Source: a virus (lineage: Duplodnaviria > Caudoviricetes). From it: a DNA stretch of 64,000 nucleotides. The position numbers were made by a program, and so were the translations under genes. Shown here one piece after another: positions 54,507 to 64,000 of this stretch (the first letter of the stretch is position 1; each line of letters opens with the position of its first letter). The notes beneath the pieces are model-generated. The model was not told the origin of the DNA. It saw only the letters and a program-made list of their open reading frames with translations, and did no database searches. Location: IMG/VR virus record IMGVR_UViG_2595698357_000001, positions 1-64,000 of that record; one strand, written 5' to 3'.

Positions 54507-55184
54507 ATGGGATGCGTGTATAAGATCACCAACAACGTGAATGGTAAGACATACATCGGGGTGACTACAAGGAATCCTGAGCACCGTTGGTGGGAACATT
54601 GCAACAGCGCTAGGAAGGGATCAGACTTTTTCATTCACCAAGCCATCAGGAAATATGGTGAAGACCAATTCTCTTTCCAGGTTATCTCTGAGAGCAATGA
54701 CGGAGAAGAACTGAAGCGACTGGAGATGGAAAACATCAAAATCTCCTGCTCACACATGACTCAGAATGGATACAACAAGACCTGGGGCGGTGACGGTGCC
54801 ACGTTCATCAACAAACACGGCGCTAAAGACCCCGTAACTGGTGAGAAGTTGGGGCTAACATCCTGTGATGATCCTCGCTGGGCCACTGGCGAAATAGTCA
54901 GTTGTGTCGCGGGCAATACCAGGGCTTTCTCCCAGAGGCTGTCTGACCACGCCAAAACTCGCACCGGGGCTAAGAACTCCAATGCCAAGAAGTTCAAGTT
55001 GATTTCCCCTGATGGAGTTGTACATGAAATCGAGGGGAATTGTCGTGAGTACGTTGAGAGACTTGGTCTGAAATATTCAGCCTTATACGATTACATCGAT
55101 AAGGGTAAACCTGTTCCATGTCCTGCCGGTAGATATACCCCGGAACGCATGGCAACTGTTGGTTGGTCTCTGGTGAGGTGCTGA
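54507..55184 (+). CDS. GIY-YIG (Seg-like) homing endonuclease
   Basis: CVYKITN..NGKTYIG, R...H, AIRKYG, E, GYN.T.GG; C-terminal GAKNS and SPDG DNA-binding modules. Confidence 0.9.
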   Translation: MGCVYKITNNVNGKTYIGVTTRNPEHRWWEHCNSARKGSDFFIHQAIRKYGEDQFSFQVISESNDGEELKRLEMENIKISCSHMTQNGYNKTWGGDGATFINKHGAKDPVTGEKLGLTSCDDPRWATGEIVSCVAGNTRAFSQRLSDHAKTRTGAKNSNAKKFKLISPDGVVHEIEGNCREYVERLGLKYSALYDYIDKGKPVPCPAGRYTPERMATVGWSLVRC

Positions 55185-55185
55185 A

Positions 55186-55656
55186 ATGATATATGCATAC
55201 AAGTTAGAGAATACGATCAACGGTCACGTCTACATCGGCATTACTGCTGACCCTCATGCGCGCCTGGAGAGTCATATTGCGTCCTGCCTCGGTGGTGATC
55301 AGCGTCTTCTGTACCAGGCTATGCGCCGCCACGGCATGAGCAACTTTGAGTTCGAAGTCATCGCTCAGACCATCAACGACGCAGACAAATGGGAACTGGA
55401 GAAGCAACTGGTTCGCCAATATGAATCAGATATCCTGGGCTACAACATGAACAAGGGCGGCAACGATGCTTCCCACCTCATGGGCACAGCCCCGGCGCGC
55501 TTGGTCAGTACAGGCGAGCACATAGGACAGGTATCTCTAACAGACCCTCGGTGGGAGCTGTTCGAAATTGAATCGGTGGCCAGCAATGTTGATCACCAAT
55601 TCTCCAGGACTGACATGGTTATCAAAAGAGTCAGTGAACTAAATAGAATTGTATAA
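55186..55656 (+). CDS. Second, shorter GIY-YIG endonuclease
   Basis: YAYKLENTINGHVYIG, AMRRHG, GYNMNKGG. Confidence 0.85.
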   Translation: MIYAYKLENTINGHVYIGITADPHARLESHIASCLGGDQRLLYQAMRRHGMSNFEFEVIAQTINDADKWELEKQLVRQYESDILGYNMNKGGNDASHLMGTAPARLVSTGEHIGQVSLTDPRWELFEIESVASNVDHQFSRTDMVIKRVSELNRIV

Positions 55657-55679
55657 ACCACAATTGGAGGCCAATAACC

Positions 55680-56213
55680 ATGGCTACAGTAAATGAATTC
55701 AGAGGTGCCATGTCTCGTGGCGGCGGTGTTCAGCGTCAGCACCGTTGGCGCGTGACCATCAGCTTCCCGTCGTTCGCGGCCTCTGCTGATCAAACCCGTG
55801 ACGTCTGCCTGTTGGCGGTCACAACTAACACCCCAACCGGCCAGCTGGGTGAAATCCTGGTTCCGTGGGGCGGTCGTGAACTGCCATTCCCAGGCGACCG
55901 TCGTTTCGAAGCACTGCCTATCACCTTCATCAACGTTGTGAACAATGGTCCGTACAACTCGATGGAAGTGTGGCAACAGTACATCAACGGTTCCGAGAGC
56001 AACCGCGCCTCGGCCAACCCTGATGAATACTTCCGTGATGTCGTCCTGGAACTGCTGGACGCCAATGACAATGTGACTAAGACCTGGACTCTCCAGGGCG
56101 CTTGGCCACAGAACCTTGGCCAGCTGGAACTGGATATGTCGGCTATGGACTCGTACACCCAGTTCACTTGCGATCTGCGCTACTTCCAAGCGGTATCAGA
56201 TCGGAGCCGTTAA
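55680..56213 (+). CDS. 19: Tail tube protein gp19
   Basis: VPWGGRELPFPGDRRF, GAWPQNLGQLELD. Confidence 0.95.
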   Translation: MATVNEFRGAMSRGGGVQRQHRWRVTISFPSFAASADQTRDVCLLAVTTNTPTGQLGEILVPWGGRELPFPGDRRFEALPITFINVVNNGPYNSMEVWQQYINGSESNRASANPDEYFRDVVLELLDANDNVTKTWTLQGAWPQNLGQLELDMSAMDSYTQFTCDLRYFQAVSDRSR

Positions 56214-56283
56214 TGGTCTATGGGGAGGGTTTCCTCCCCTTATTCCTCACTAAATAATTTGAGAATATATTGAGGAACATCCC

Positions 56284-57918
56284 ATGCTCGGTTTCTTTAA
56301 TCTGTACGGACAAGTCAAATCGACTGACACCAGCGTTAAGACCAACAAGCAGCAAGAGAAGCTGTTGGCGCGCTCGACTCAAGTAGCGACTGACGACGCA
56401 TACGAAGGCACTGTCGTTGTTGAAGGTGGCATGAACAATGCGACCATGAACGGCGTGCAAAGCGACCTGCAATCTGTTAAACAGATGGTCGAAGAATATC
56501 AGTCCATGGCTCAGCAACCAGAGGTTGAAGAGGCCGTGGACATCATTATCAACGATGTAATCACCTGCGATGAAGACGAGCAGCCCGTGTCTGTGAACCT
56601 GGAGCGCGTCGAAGGCATCAGCGAGCAGACCAAAGAGATCATCTCCGAAGAGTTCAAGACCATCATGCGTCTCATGGACTTTGAAAATACTGGCTACGAC
56701 AAGATCAAGAAGTGGTATGTCGACGGCCGCCAGTGCTACCAGGTTGTGGTCGATGACAAGAACGAAAAGGAAGGCATCAAGAAGATCATCATGCTGGACT
56801 CTCGTACCGTGCGCCCGGTCATGGTGATCGAAAAAGAGATGCGTAACAACATCGAGGTGATCACCAAGGTCACTAAGAAGTATTACTACAACCCGAACAA
56901 CGTCAAAAACGCATTCACCGGCCAGGTCACAACTTCCAACAACTTCCAGCCATCCTCTCAGGAGCTGACGTTTGAAGAAGACGCGATCGTCTATGTGGAC
57001 AGCGGTATAGAGCCTTTGGCCAACGGTATTGTCCCCGGCTTCCTCAACCCGGCTATCCGTCCGTTGAACAACCTGGTCACCACAGAAGACGCCACAGTCA
57101 TTTACGCCATCACTCGTGCTCCTGAGAAGCGCGCATTCTACCTTGACGTCGGTCAGCTGGGTAAGAAATCTGCTGAAGAGTACATGGCGATGATGATGGG
57201 CAAGTTCAAGAACAACCTGTCCTACAACCGTCAGACCGGCAAGGTGCAGGGCGACACTCATCTCATGGGTATCGCTGAGGACTACTGGATGCCACGCCGA
57301 GAAGGCCAGAACGCAACTGAGATCAGCACTATCGGTGGTGGCGACCAACTGGGCCAAATGGATCACGTGAACTACTTCCGTGGCAAGCTGTATGGTGCTC
57401 TGAAGATTCCTAAGAGCCGCCTGGACGACGGTGGTGGTAACATCAACATCGGTGGTAGCGACCTGGGCGAGATCACCCGTGAAGAAAACCGCTTCAAGAA
57501 ATTCTGTGCTCGACTGCGCCGCCGGTATGCCCTGATCTTTCTGGGTATGCTGCGCCGTCAACTGATCATGAAACGCATTGTTACCGAGGACGACTGGGAA
57601 GAGAAGATTCGCGGCAAGATTTCCTTCGACTTCGCCTCTGACAACTTTGTCACAGAGCAGCAGGACAACGAAATTCTGGCCAGCCGTATGTCAACCATGG
57701 CTATCATGGAACCATACGTCGGCAGCATGTTCTCACGCCAATATATACAGAAGAACATCCTTCGTATGTCTGAGGAAGAGATCAAAGAACAACAAGCCCA
57801 GATTGAGGAAGAGAAGAAAGCAGGTGTGTATCCGAAGGTTGATCCTGAGGCCAATATGGGCGATAACAGCCCACTGAAATACCGGCCTGAGTTCCTCCCT
57901 CGTCAATCGGAAGAATAG
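56284..57918 (+). CDS. 20: Portal protein gp20
   Basis: WYVDGR, IYAITRAPEKRAFYLDVG, EDYWMPRREG, LKIPKSRL. Confidence 0.97.
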   Translation: MLGFFNLYGQVKSTDTSVKTNKQQEKLLARSTQVATDDAYEGTVVVEGGMNNATMNGVQSDLQSVKQMVEEYQSMAQQPEVEEAVDIIINDVITCDEDEQPVSVNLERVEGISEQTKEIISEEFKTIMRLMDFENTGYDKIKKWYVDGRQCYQVVVDDKNEKEGIKKIIMLDSRTVRPVMVIEKEMRNNIEVITKVTKKYYYNPNNVKNAFTGQVTTSNNFQPSSQELTFEEDAIVYVDSGIEPLANGIVPGFLNPAIRPLNNLVTTEDATVIYAITRAPEKRAFYLDVGQLGKKSAEEYMAMMMGKFKNNLSYNRQTGKVQGDTHLMGIAEDYWMPRREGQNATEISTIGGGDQLGQMDHVNYFRGKLYGALKIPKSRLDDGGGNINIGGSDLGEITREENRFKKFCARLRRRYALIFLGMLRRQLIMKRIVTEDDWEEKIRGKISFDFASDNFVTEQQDNEILASRMSTMAIMEPYVGSMFSRQYIQKNILRMSEEEIKEQQAQIEEEKKAGVYPKVDPEANMGDNSPLKYRPEFLPRQSEE

Positions 57919-57965
57919 CTCAAAAATATTCGACTAAATACTGAAAACTGAATTGGAGGTTCACA

Positions 57966-58142
57966 ATGTCTATCAAAGCAATCGTCGAAGCTATCGAAGC
58001 TGGCGACACTGTAACTGCTGAAGCTGAATTGGTTAACCAACTCAACGTGCGCCGTGAAGCAATCGTCGAGGAAGGTCGTCAGTTCATCATGGCATCCATC
58101 GAAGAATCCGTTAACGGCGCGGCTGAGCCAGACGCTCAATAA
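57966..58142 (+). CDS. Prohead core protein (gp67-like, 58 aa)
   Basis: Manual translation MSIKAIVEAIEAGD...; RBS GGAGG; follows the portal gene. Confidence 0.8.
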   Translation: MSIKAIVEAIEAGDTVTAEAELVNQLNVRREAIVEEGRQFIMASIEESVNGAAEPDAQ

Positions 58143-58152
58143 GGGGTTCATC

Positions 58153-58461
58153 ATGGATCTGACCGTGGAAGTAGCGACATTCGGTGATTTCCTAGCCCAC
58201 CGCCTGGAAGAGCAAGGCATCATTGACAAGGTCAATGCGAAGGGCAAGCGTCGCCGTCGTCTCAAATGTGGTCCAGGGTTCAAACTGTCTCCTGACGGCT
58301 CCCGTTGCATGGTCATGAATGCTGGTGAAAAACGTGACCGCCGTATCGGGAACCGGAAGGCAATACGCAGCAAGAAACGCATGGGCTTGGGTTATAGCCG
58401 GAAGATCGAGCGCCGCAAGAAGAAAGCGATGCGGTTCCGTAAGATGATGGGTCTTTCGTAA
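58153..58461 (+). CDS. Prohead core protein (gp68-like)
   Basis: Very basic, ends KKAMRFRKMMGL. Confidence 0.85.
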   Translation: MDLTVEVATFGDFLAHRLEEQGIIDKVNAKGKRRRRLKCGPGFKLSPDGSRCMVMNAGEKRDRRIGNRKAIRSKKRMGLGYSRKIERRKKKAMRFRKMMGLS

Positions 58462-58468
58462 GGAGCAT

Positions 58469-59137
58469 ATGATGAAACTTATCGTTGATGTAACGGGCAA
58501 GCACGAGCAGCTGACGCTCGGCGAATCTGCGGATGCATCCGGTAGTCGGGCAATGTATATCGAAGGACCATTCGTGATGTGCAACGCTGTTAACCGCAAC
58601 GGCCGCAATTACGATATGGAACGAGTCGGCTTACCGTCCGTCAACCGATATGTTGAAGAGTATGTCAATGATCGTCGGGCGATCGGCGAGCTAAAACACC
58701 CTGACTACCCGTTCCCAGATATCGAACACGCTGCGATCAAAACTGAGTCATTGACGTGGTCTGGTACGAACGCCATTGGGCGTGCTCGTATCCTGAACAC
58801 CGCGAAAGGCCAGATCATCAAGGCGTTGGCAGAAGCTGACTTCAACCTGGCTGTGAGTACTCGTGGCCTGGGTGATGTCAAAGAAGTCGCCGGTCATAGT
58901 GAAGTCCTTCCAGGCTTCATGCTGACCGCAGTCGATGTTGTAGACCGCCCTTCTGGGCAAGTGTGTTATGTAAAGGCCATGTCCGAATCTGTGGAATGGC
59001 AACTGGATGAATCCACGGGGATTTGGTCTCCGAAGGACATCCGGGGGAGCGTCGTCGATCAGTTGGCAAAAACCAACGCTATGGTCGAAACTGACTTCCT
59101 TCGTCGTCTGGATATGGCGTTACAAAAACTGGGCTGA
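58469..59137 (+). CDS. 21: Prohead protease gp21
   Basis: NRNGRNY, GELKHP, VSTRGLG, DVVDRPS. Confidence 0.95.
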   Translation: MMKLIVDVTGKHEQLTLGESADASGSRAMYIEGPFVMCNAVNRNGRNYDMERVGLPSVNRYVEEYVNDRRAIGELKHPDYPFPDIEHAAIKTESLTWSGTNAIGRARILNTAKGQIIKALAEADFNLAVSTRGLGDVKEVAGHSEVLPGFMLTAVDVVDRPSGQVCYVKAMSESVEWQLDESTGIWSPKDIRGSVVDQLAKTNAMVETDFLRRLDMALQKLG

Positions 59138-59183
59138 TTTTTGCCCTACTAAATACTGAAAACTGCTCAGAAGGAAGTTTGTC

Positions 59184-59963
59184 ATGAACAAAGAATTGAA
59201 ACAACTGTTTGAGGGCGTAGACGGCCTCAACGAAGAATTCATGGGTAAGGTCGCGACGATCATCGAAGCTCGCTCCGAACAAGTTCGTCTGACCGCCATC
59301 CAAGAAACCGAAGATCGCATGAACGGCGAAATTCTGAAACTGACCGAGGCTCACCAAGTTGAGCTGGCGCAGGTTAAAGAATCCGCTGTTGATGTCCTGA
59401 CTGCTAAGGTTTCCTCCTACCTGGACGCCGCTGTCCTGGAGTGGGCTAACGAAAACGCAGTTGGCATCGATTCCACTATCAAGGCTGAAGCCGCAGAGAA
59501 GATCCTGTCTGGCGCTGCTCAGTGGTTCGGTGAAGCTGCTATCACTGTACGCGGCGACGCTGACGGTGTTATCAGCGGCCTGACTAAGCGTGTGGAAGAG
59601 GCGGAGAAACTCGCCGAAACCCTGAAAGCTGAAAAACAGGCTCTGGAAGAAGCAGAAACGAACCGCGTTCGTGAAGGTGTTCTGCTGAAGGTGTGTGAAG
59701 GCCTGGCGCTGAGCCAAATCGACACTATCCGTAATTGCCTGGAAGGTGTTCCGATGTCTGAGGGCTTTGAAGCCCGCGCCGCCCGCTTCCGCGCTCTGGT
59801 AGAGAAGAAAGATACTCCTCCAGAGGGTGACGATAAAGGCGACAAGGACAACAAGGGCAAAGAAAAGGATGACAAAGGTGATAAAGGCGATAAGGACGAC
59901 AAAGATCTGAACGAGATGGACAAGTCCATTAAATCTCAGATCTCCCAGTACCTGGCCAGCTAA
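59184..59963 (+). CDS. 22: Prohead scaffold protein gp22
   Basis: Acidic coiled coil, YLD..V.EW..EN; synteny. Confidence 0.9.
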   Translation: MNKELKQLFEGVDGLNEEFMGKVATIIEARSEQVRLTAIQETEDRMNGEILKLTEAHQVELAQVKESAVDVLTAKVSSYLDAAVLEWANENAVGIDSTIKAEAAEKILSGAAQWFGEAAITVRGDADGVISGLTKRVEEAEKLAETLKAEKQALEEAETNRVREGVLLKVCEGLALSQIDTIRNCLEGVPMSEGFEARAARFRALVEKKDTPPEGDDKGDKDNKGKEKDDKGDKGDKDDKDLNEMDKSIKSQISQYLAS

Positions 59964-60052
59964 CCACCGGTGCACTTCAGCCCTCGAAAGGGGGCTTGAA
60001 ATTGAAACACTAAATATTTTCAAATCAACAGAACATCCAAAAGGATACTATC

Positions 60053-61378
60053 ATGTCTAAGAAACTTGTTACTGAAGAAATGCGCACTCAGTGGTTGCCG
60101 GTTCTGGAAAAGAAATCCGAGCAGATCCAACCTCTGACTGCTGAGAACGTGTCTGTTCGCCTGCTGCAAAACCAGGCCGAGTGGAACGCCAAAAACCTGG
60201 GCGAATCTGAAGGTCCATCTTCGGTCAACGCCAACGTGGGTAAATGGCAGCCAGTTCTGATCGACATGGCTAAGCGTCTGGCTCCGAACAACATCGCGAT
60301 GGACTTCTTCGGCGTTCAGCCTCTGGCTGGTCCTGACGGTCAGATCTTCGCACTGCGTGCTCGTCAGGGCGTTGGCGATGCTTCTAACACCCAACAGTCT
60401 CGTAAAGAGCTGTTCATGGAAGAAGCGCAAACCAACTACTCCGGCGACCAGACTACCGTTCACAGCGGTGACCCATCTGGCTTCAGCCAGGCTGATATCG
60501 AAGGCAGCGGCACTGAAGTGTCCTCCTACGGTAAAGCGATGGACACCGTGAAGGCAGAACAACTGGGTTCCCCAACTCAGCCTTGGGCGCGTGTTGGTAT
60601 CACCATCCAGAAAGCGACCGTTACTGCGAAGTCTCGCGGCCTGTACGCTGACTACAGCCACGAACTGCGCCAGGACATGATGGCGATCCACGGCGAAGAC
60701 GTCGATGCGATCCTGTCTGATGTCATGGTAACTGAAATTCAGGCGGAAATGAACCGTGAGTTCATCCGTACCATGAACTTCACCGCAGTGCGCTTCAAAA
60801 AATTCGGTACCAACGGCGTTGTTGACGTTGCTGCTGACGTGTCCGGTCGTTGGGCGCTGGAAAAATGGAAATACCTGGTCTTCATGCTGGAAGTTGAAGC
60901 GAACGGCGTTGGTGTTGACACCCGTCGTGGTAAAGCGAACCGCGTTCTGTGTTCTCCAAACGTAGCGTCCGCTCTGGCCATGGCCGGCATGCTGGACTAC
61001 AGCCCGGCGCTGAACGTGCAGGCGCAGCTGGCGGTTGACCCTACCGGTCAGACCTTCGCTGGTGTTCTGTCGAACGGCATGCGTGTGTACATCGACCCGT
61101 ATGCGGTTGCTGAGTACATCACTCTGGCGTACAAAGGCGCAACTGCGCTGGATGCGGGTATCTACTTCGCTCCATATGTACCGCTGGAAATGTACCGTAC
61201 TCAGGGTGAGACCACCTTCGCTCCGCGTATGGCGTTCAAAACCCGTTACGGCATCGCAGCCAACCCGTTCGTGCAGATCCCTGCCAACCAGGATCCGCAG
61301 GTCTACGTGACCGAAGACGGCATCGCGAAAGACACCAACGTGTACTTCCGCAAAGGTCTGATCAAAAACCTGTACTAA
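60053..61378 (+). CDS. 23: Major capsid protein gp23
   Basis: GVQPLAGPDGQIFALR, TAKSRGL, EIQAEMNRE, FAPYVPL, FKTRYG. Confidence 0.98.
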   Translation: MSKKLVTEEMRTQWLPVLEKKSEQIQPLTAENVSVRLLQNQAEWNAKNLGESEGPSSVNANVGKWQPVLIDMAKRLAPNNIAMDFFGVQPLAGPDGQIFALRARQGVGDASNTQQSRKELFMEEAQTNYSGDQTTVHSGDPSGFSQADIEGSGTEVSSYGKAMDTVKAEQLGSPTQPWARVGITIQKATVTAKSRGLYADYSHELRQDMMAIHGEDVDAILSDVMVTEIQAEMNREFIRTMNFTAVRFKKFGTNGVVDVAADVSGRWALEKWKYLVFMLEVEANGVGVDTRRGKANRVLCSPNVASALAMAGMLDYSPALNVQAQLAVDPTGQTFAGVLSNGMRVYIDPYAVAEYITLAYKGATALDAGIYFAPYVPLEMYRTQGETTFAPRMAFKTRYGIAANPFVQIPANQDPQVYVTEDGIAKDTNVYFRKGLIKNLY

Positions 61379-61398
61379 TCTACAGGCGGTCAGTCAAA

Positions 61399-61425
61399 CA
61401 AAACCCCGCTCCGGCGGGGTTTTTT
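61399..61425 (+). terminator. Intrinsic terminator after gp23
   Basis: AAACCCCGC-TCCG-GCGGGGTTTTTT. Confidence 0.9.
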
Positions 61426-61436
61426 ATTGCCCTTCT

Positions 61437-61461
61437 TTCAATAACAAAACCGCACTATAAT
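61437..61461 (+). promoter_or_regulatory. TTCAAT-type promoter
   Basis: TTCAAT-N13-TATAAT. Confidence 0.7.
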
Positions 61462-61493
61462 GGCCTCACCTTAATCCACAAAGAGGCTTGACC

Positions 61494-61694
61494 ATGTTTT
61501 ACAAAATCGTTGAGACCGACAACTTCGATGGGGATTATCCCGATGAAAAGTTCGTCAGTCTTCCGCCAATGTCAAAGGAAAAGGCTGAGGCCATCGCTGA
61601 CGTTATCAACCAACACCTGTCAGGCAACCACTGCCGCCGCTATTGGAAGGTTGTGGACAGTGATTACACTCTATCGCCGGGGTTTGAGCCATGA
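61494..61694 (+). CDS. Hypothetical protein
   Basis: MFYKIVETDNFDGDYPDE...; RBS GAGG. Confidence 0.75.
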   Translation: MFYKIVETDNFDGDYPDEKFVSLPPMSKEKAEAIADVINQHLSGNHCRRYWKVVDSDYTLSPGFEP

Positions 61695-62119
61695 AAACTA
61701 TTGAACAAGTTGTCGCTGGATACAAAAGTGAAACTCTGGATGGTCGTGATATTGGCCGTCTGGCTGATTTCTTGACAGTTGAGCAGCTGAAGACGTTTGA
61801 CTTAGAACTCTGTGACGACTCGGCTGCAGCCCATGTGGCGTTGCCGCTTACTCGTGAAGCTGTTATGGAGCGGCTGGAACGTGACCTGGCATTCGCATTT
61901 GAGAAGGCATTGAGCCGCCGGGGCATCAGTGCCGGCATGATGTTCTACGTCATCAAGATGTGGAACTACATCCTGGAAGACGGCCTCGAAGACTTCGACG
62001 ATAACAACTATGCCCAGTATGGCCTGCCGTTGTTCAAAGCCACTGCTGTCCACTACGGCCTGGACAACCCTATCGGCGATGACAGCGGTTCAGAACACAA
62101 ATACTCTTCGGAGGGCTAA
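61691..62119 (+). CDS. Hypothetical protein
   Basis: 142 aa, ATGA-coupled to the upstream gene. Confidence 0.8.
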   Translation: MKTIEQVVAGYKSETLDGRDIGRLADFLTVEQLKTFDLELCDDSAAAHVALPLTREAVMERLERDLAFAFEKALSRRGISAGMMFYVIKMWNYILEDGLEDFDDNNYAQYGLPLFKATAVHYGLDNPIGDDSGSEHKYSSEG

Positions 62120-62121
62120 AC

Positions 62122-62667
62122 ATGTTGGAAGCTGACGTAGAGATTGGTCAATTGTATGTCTTGGCTGGGTCACCGCGCGGCCAGGTCTACAAGAAGGTCA
62201 AGGACGGTGTCCTCTGTGTTGATTCCGAAGGTGTCAACAAGACTTATGACCGTCTGATGTACCCACGTCCACACTTTGAGGTGTTACCACATTACACCTT
62301 CAAGCAGCGCCTGGAGATCACTCACCGTCTTCTGGTTGCCCTGGAAGCTGGTGACGGTCGGGATTCTGAGAACCCTGACCCAGCGGCCACAGAAGAGTAC
62401 GAAGCTGCGATCAAGGCGTACTGCGTGATGGCCAACATGATCTATTGTGTGGTGTCCCATCAACCGCCAACGCTGTGGCGCAACCAGTACTTCCAGACAG
62501 AGGAAGAGAAACAGCGCGTGATGGAAAGACGGGCGGCTCATCAGTGGGTACTGGAGTGTTATCACCCCGACGGAAGGGTGAAGACAACACGTCGCGGAAC
62601 CAAAGAAGCTCTCACCCCATTCATTGAAGTTTGTGATGAATGGAACGTCAAACATGCCCGCGTCTAG
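62122..62667 (+). CDS. Hypothetical protein
   Basis: 181 aa, RBS GGAG/GAGG. Confidence 0.75.
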   Translation: MLEADVEIGQLYVLAGSPRGQVYKKVKDGVLCVDSEGVNKTYDRLMYPRPHFEVLPHYTFKQRLEITHRLLVALEAGDGRDSENPDPAATEEYEAAIKAYCVMANMIYCVVSHQPPTLWRNQYFQTEEEKQRVMERRAAHQWVLECYHPDGRVKTTRRGTKEALTPFIEVCDEWNVKHARV

Positions 62668-62669
62668 TT

Positions 62670-62695
62670 TTCAATAATCCCTTCTAAGCTATATT
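62670..62695 (+). promoter_or_regulatory. TTCAAT-N14 promoter
   Basis: TTCAAT-N14-TATATT. Confidence 0.6.
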
Positions 62696-62751
62696 GATTT
62701 CACCGGGGCGAAAGCCCCTTTGAACCTAACCATCTTCACAGGAGTCAACCC

Positions 62752-63417
62752 ATGTTAAACAGTATCATCCAACAACGCGGTCAGGTTGCTTTCCCTGCCT
62801 TCATGGCCGAGCGCGTGTATATGCGTGAGTTCCGCAAAGAAACTGGCCTACCGGCTGATCTCTCCCGTTGGCAACCTACTGTTGATGCCATGCTGGATGG
62901 TGTTGACACCGACCTTCCTATCTTCATCATGGTTGACCAGGGCATTATCCAACCGGGTAATACCCATCGCCGCCCTGGCCTGCATATCGACGGTTACTGG
63001 CATCCGCAGGTGATGTCACATCGTGGACAAGGTGGTCACCGTGGTCAACCTTCTCCTTGGCCTCAAGAAGACCACAAAGGTCGCCACGGTAACTCACCCG
63101 CGCGACATTCTTCCAGCCGAAGTGGCTGGGATGTAGGTAACGGCTGGGCACACGGAGACTTCTCTGAACCGGAAGCCCTGATTCTGGCATCAGATATCGC
63201 TGCCTCCCGTGCCCTCTCCGGCGTTTATCATGAAATGCCTGGCGAAGGTGGTGATTGTACTCATGTGAACGTTGAGGGGATGTCTGAAGTCATTCTCCAG
63301 GCAAACACTGTGTATGCCGGCAACGTGACCATGCTCCATGAATCACTCCCTGTAACCGCAGCATGTCAGCGCACTCTGGTTCGTCTGAGCGTTCCTGGCT
63401 GGACTCCGGAGGTCTAA
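62752..63417 (+). CDS. 2OG-Fe(II) dioxygenase-like protein
   Basis: HxD (GLHIDG), distal His (MLHESLP), RTLVRL strand. Confidence 0.7.
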   Translation: MLNSIIQQRGQVAFPAFMAERVYMREFRKETGLPADLSRWQPTVDAMLDGVDTDLPIFIMVDQGIIQPGNTHRRPGLHIDGYWHPQVMSHRGQGGHRGQPSPWPQEDHKGRHGNSPARHSSSRSGWDVGNGWAHGDFSEPEALILASDIAASRALSGVYHEMPGEGGDCTHVNVEGMSEVILQANTVYAGNVTMLHESLPVTAACQRTLVRLSVPGWTPEV

Positions 63418-63418
63418 C

Positions 63419-63880
63419 ATGGGACAAGGAACTGAAAGCTGTGGTGGCTACGAAGTCGACTATGATGAGTATGATGGCGACAACTTGGCCGACGGCATCT
63501 GGATGCAACAGAACGGGGTTCCAATCTCTGTTGAGCACATGAGTGTTGGCCACCTTCGCAACGCCATGCGTCATTGTCAAAAGCTGGCGCGCCATTCCAC
63601 GTTCTCTTGCGATCAGGACAAGTGGGAGGAGTGGGTAAATATCTTCAGCCGCGAATTGGACAGACGTGAGTCTTTGAACCCAACCAAGGCTCTAGCCAAA
63701 GTCTCACCCCCAGCGATTGTTCGTGGGGCTAAGGTGTGGATGGTGTGTCACTGCGGTACTGAGTATCCAGCCCGCAAAGCAGATCTGAAGCGCGGCTATG
63801 GGTATTCATGCAGTAAATCATGTGCTGCTATCCGGCGTGATCATGGTCGCCCTGCAGCCAAACCGAGAGATGGGGTATAA
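63419..63880 (+). CDS. Hypothetical protein with C-terminal Zn finger
   Basis: CHCG...CSKSC. Confidence 0.75.
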   Translation: MGQGTESCGGYEVDYDEYDGDNLADGIWMQQNGVPISVEHMSVGHLRNAMRHCQKLARHSTFSCDQDKWEEWVNIFSRELDRRESLNPTKALAKVSPPAIVRGAKVWMVCHCGTEYPARKADLKRGYGYSCSKSCAAIRRDHGRPAAKPRDGV

Positions 63881-63883
63881 CAT

Positions 63884-64000
63884 ATGTCTATCACATTGGT
63901 AAAGATCACCACAGACCGCCGGGGCAATACCATAGAGCAAGTATACCGCAAGGTTGAACGAAAGGTTGAGAAGGGAGAAGAGCGGCTCTACATCAGCGCC
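63884..64000 (+). CDS. Hypothetical protein, truncated at the window end
   Basis: MSITLVKITTDRRG... open to the end of the window. Confidence 0.55.
   Translation, partial: MSITLVKITTDRRGNTIEQVYRKVERKVEKGEERLYISA

Noticed and set aside
42293-57561. Long minus-strand ORFs opposite structural genes (for example 42293-43339, 52509-53936, 56218-57561)
   Set aside because: These are shadow frames produced by codon bias of the well-supported plus-strand genes.
59820-59910. D/K/G repeat in gp22
   Set aside because: A low-complexity charged linker, unsurprising in a scaffold protein.
2847-62695. TTCAAT-N14-TATAAT and CTAAATA motifs as a novelty
   Set aside because: Both are already described as regulatory motifs of ViI-like phages, so they are listed as features only.

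Overview
This is a 64 kb segment of a lytic Ackermannviridae (ViI/CBA120-like, T4-related myovirus) genome from an enterobacterial phage. The family call rests on gene content, gene order and the TTCAAT-N14-TATAAT and CTAAATA promoter motifs. The left third, mostly on the minus strand, carries rIIA, a LemA/TPM-like membrane pair, the thymidine hypermodification enzymes (aGPT-PPlase2 transferase, P-loop 5-hmdU DNA kinase, PLP decarboxylase), a HAD nucleotidase, DNA polymerase B, a 3TM holin-like gene and an early-gene island. The stretch 19.1-21.3 kb is an RNA cassette with only one canonical tRNA (Ile2-type CAU). It also holds about ten tRNA-like or CCA-ended structured RNAs and an orphan tmRNA-type tag frame (ANDNAYLMVA*). 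A putative origin sits at the strand switch near 22.3-22.5 kb. The plus strand then carries baseplate gp6/gp7, five tailspikes with an S74-chaperoned mini-fibre and three paralogous small partner genes, VrlC, gp13-gp23 (terminase with a mini-intein, two GIY-YIG genes between gp18 and gp19) and middle genes including a 2OG-Fe(II) oxygenase-like protein. The two most interesting observations are the tRNA-mimic/ncRNA array with the tmRNA-like tag and a polymerase-type NLLxM C-terminal motif (putative clamp-binding) shared by the hypermodification enzymes. All calls come from reading the sequence and recalling family features; no searches or folding programs were run.
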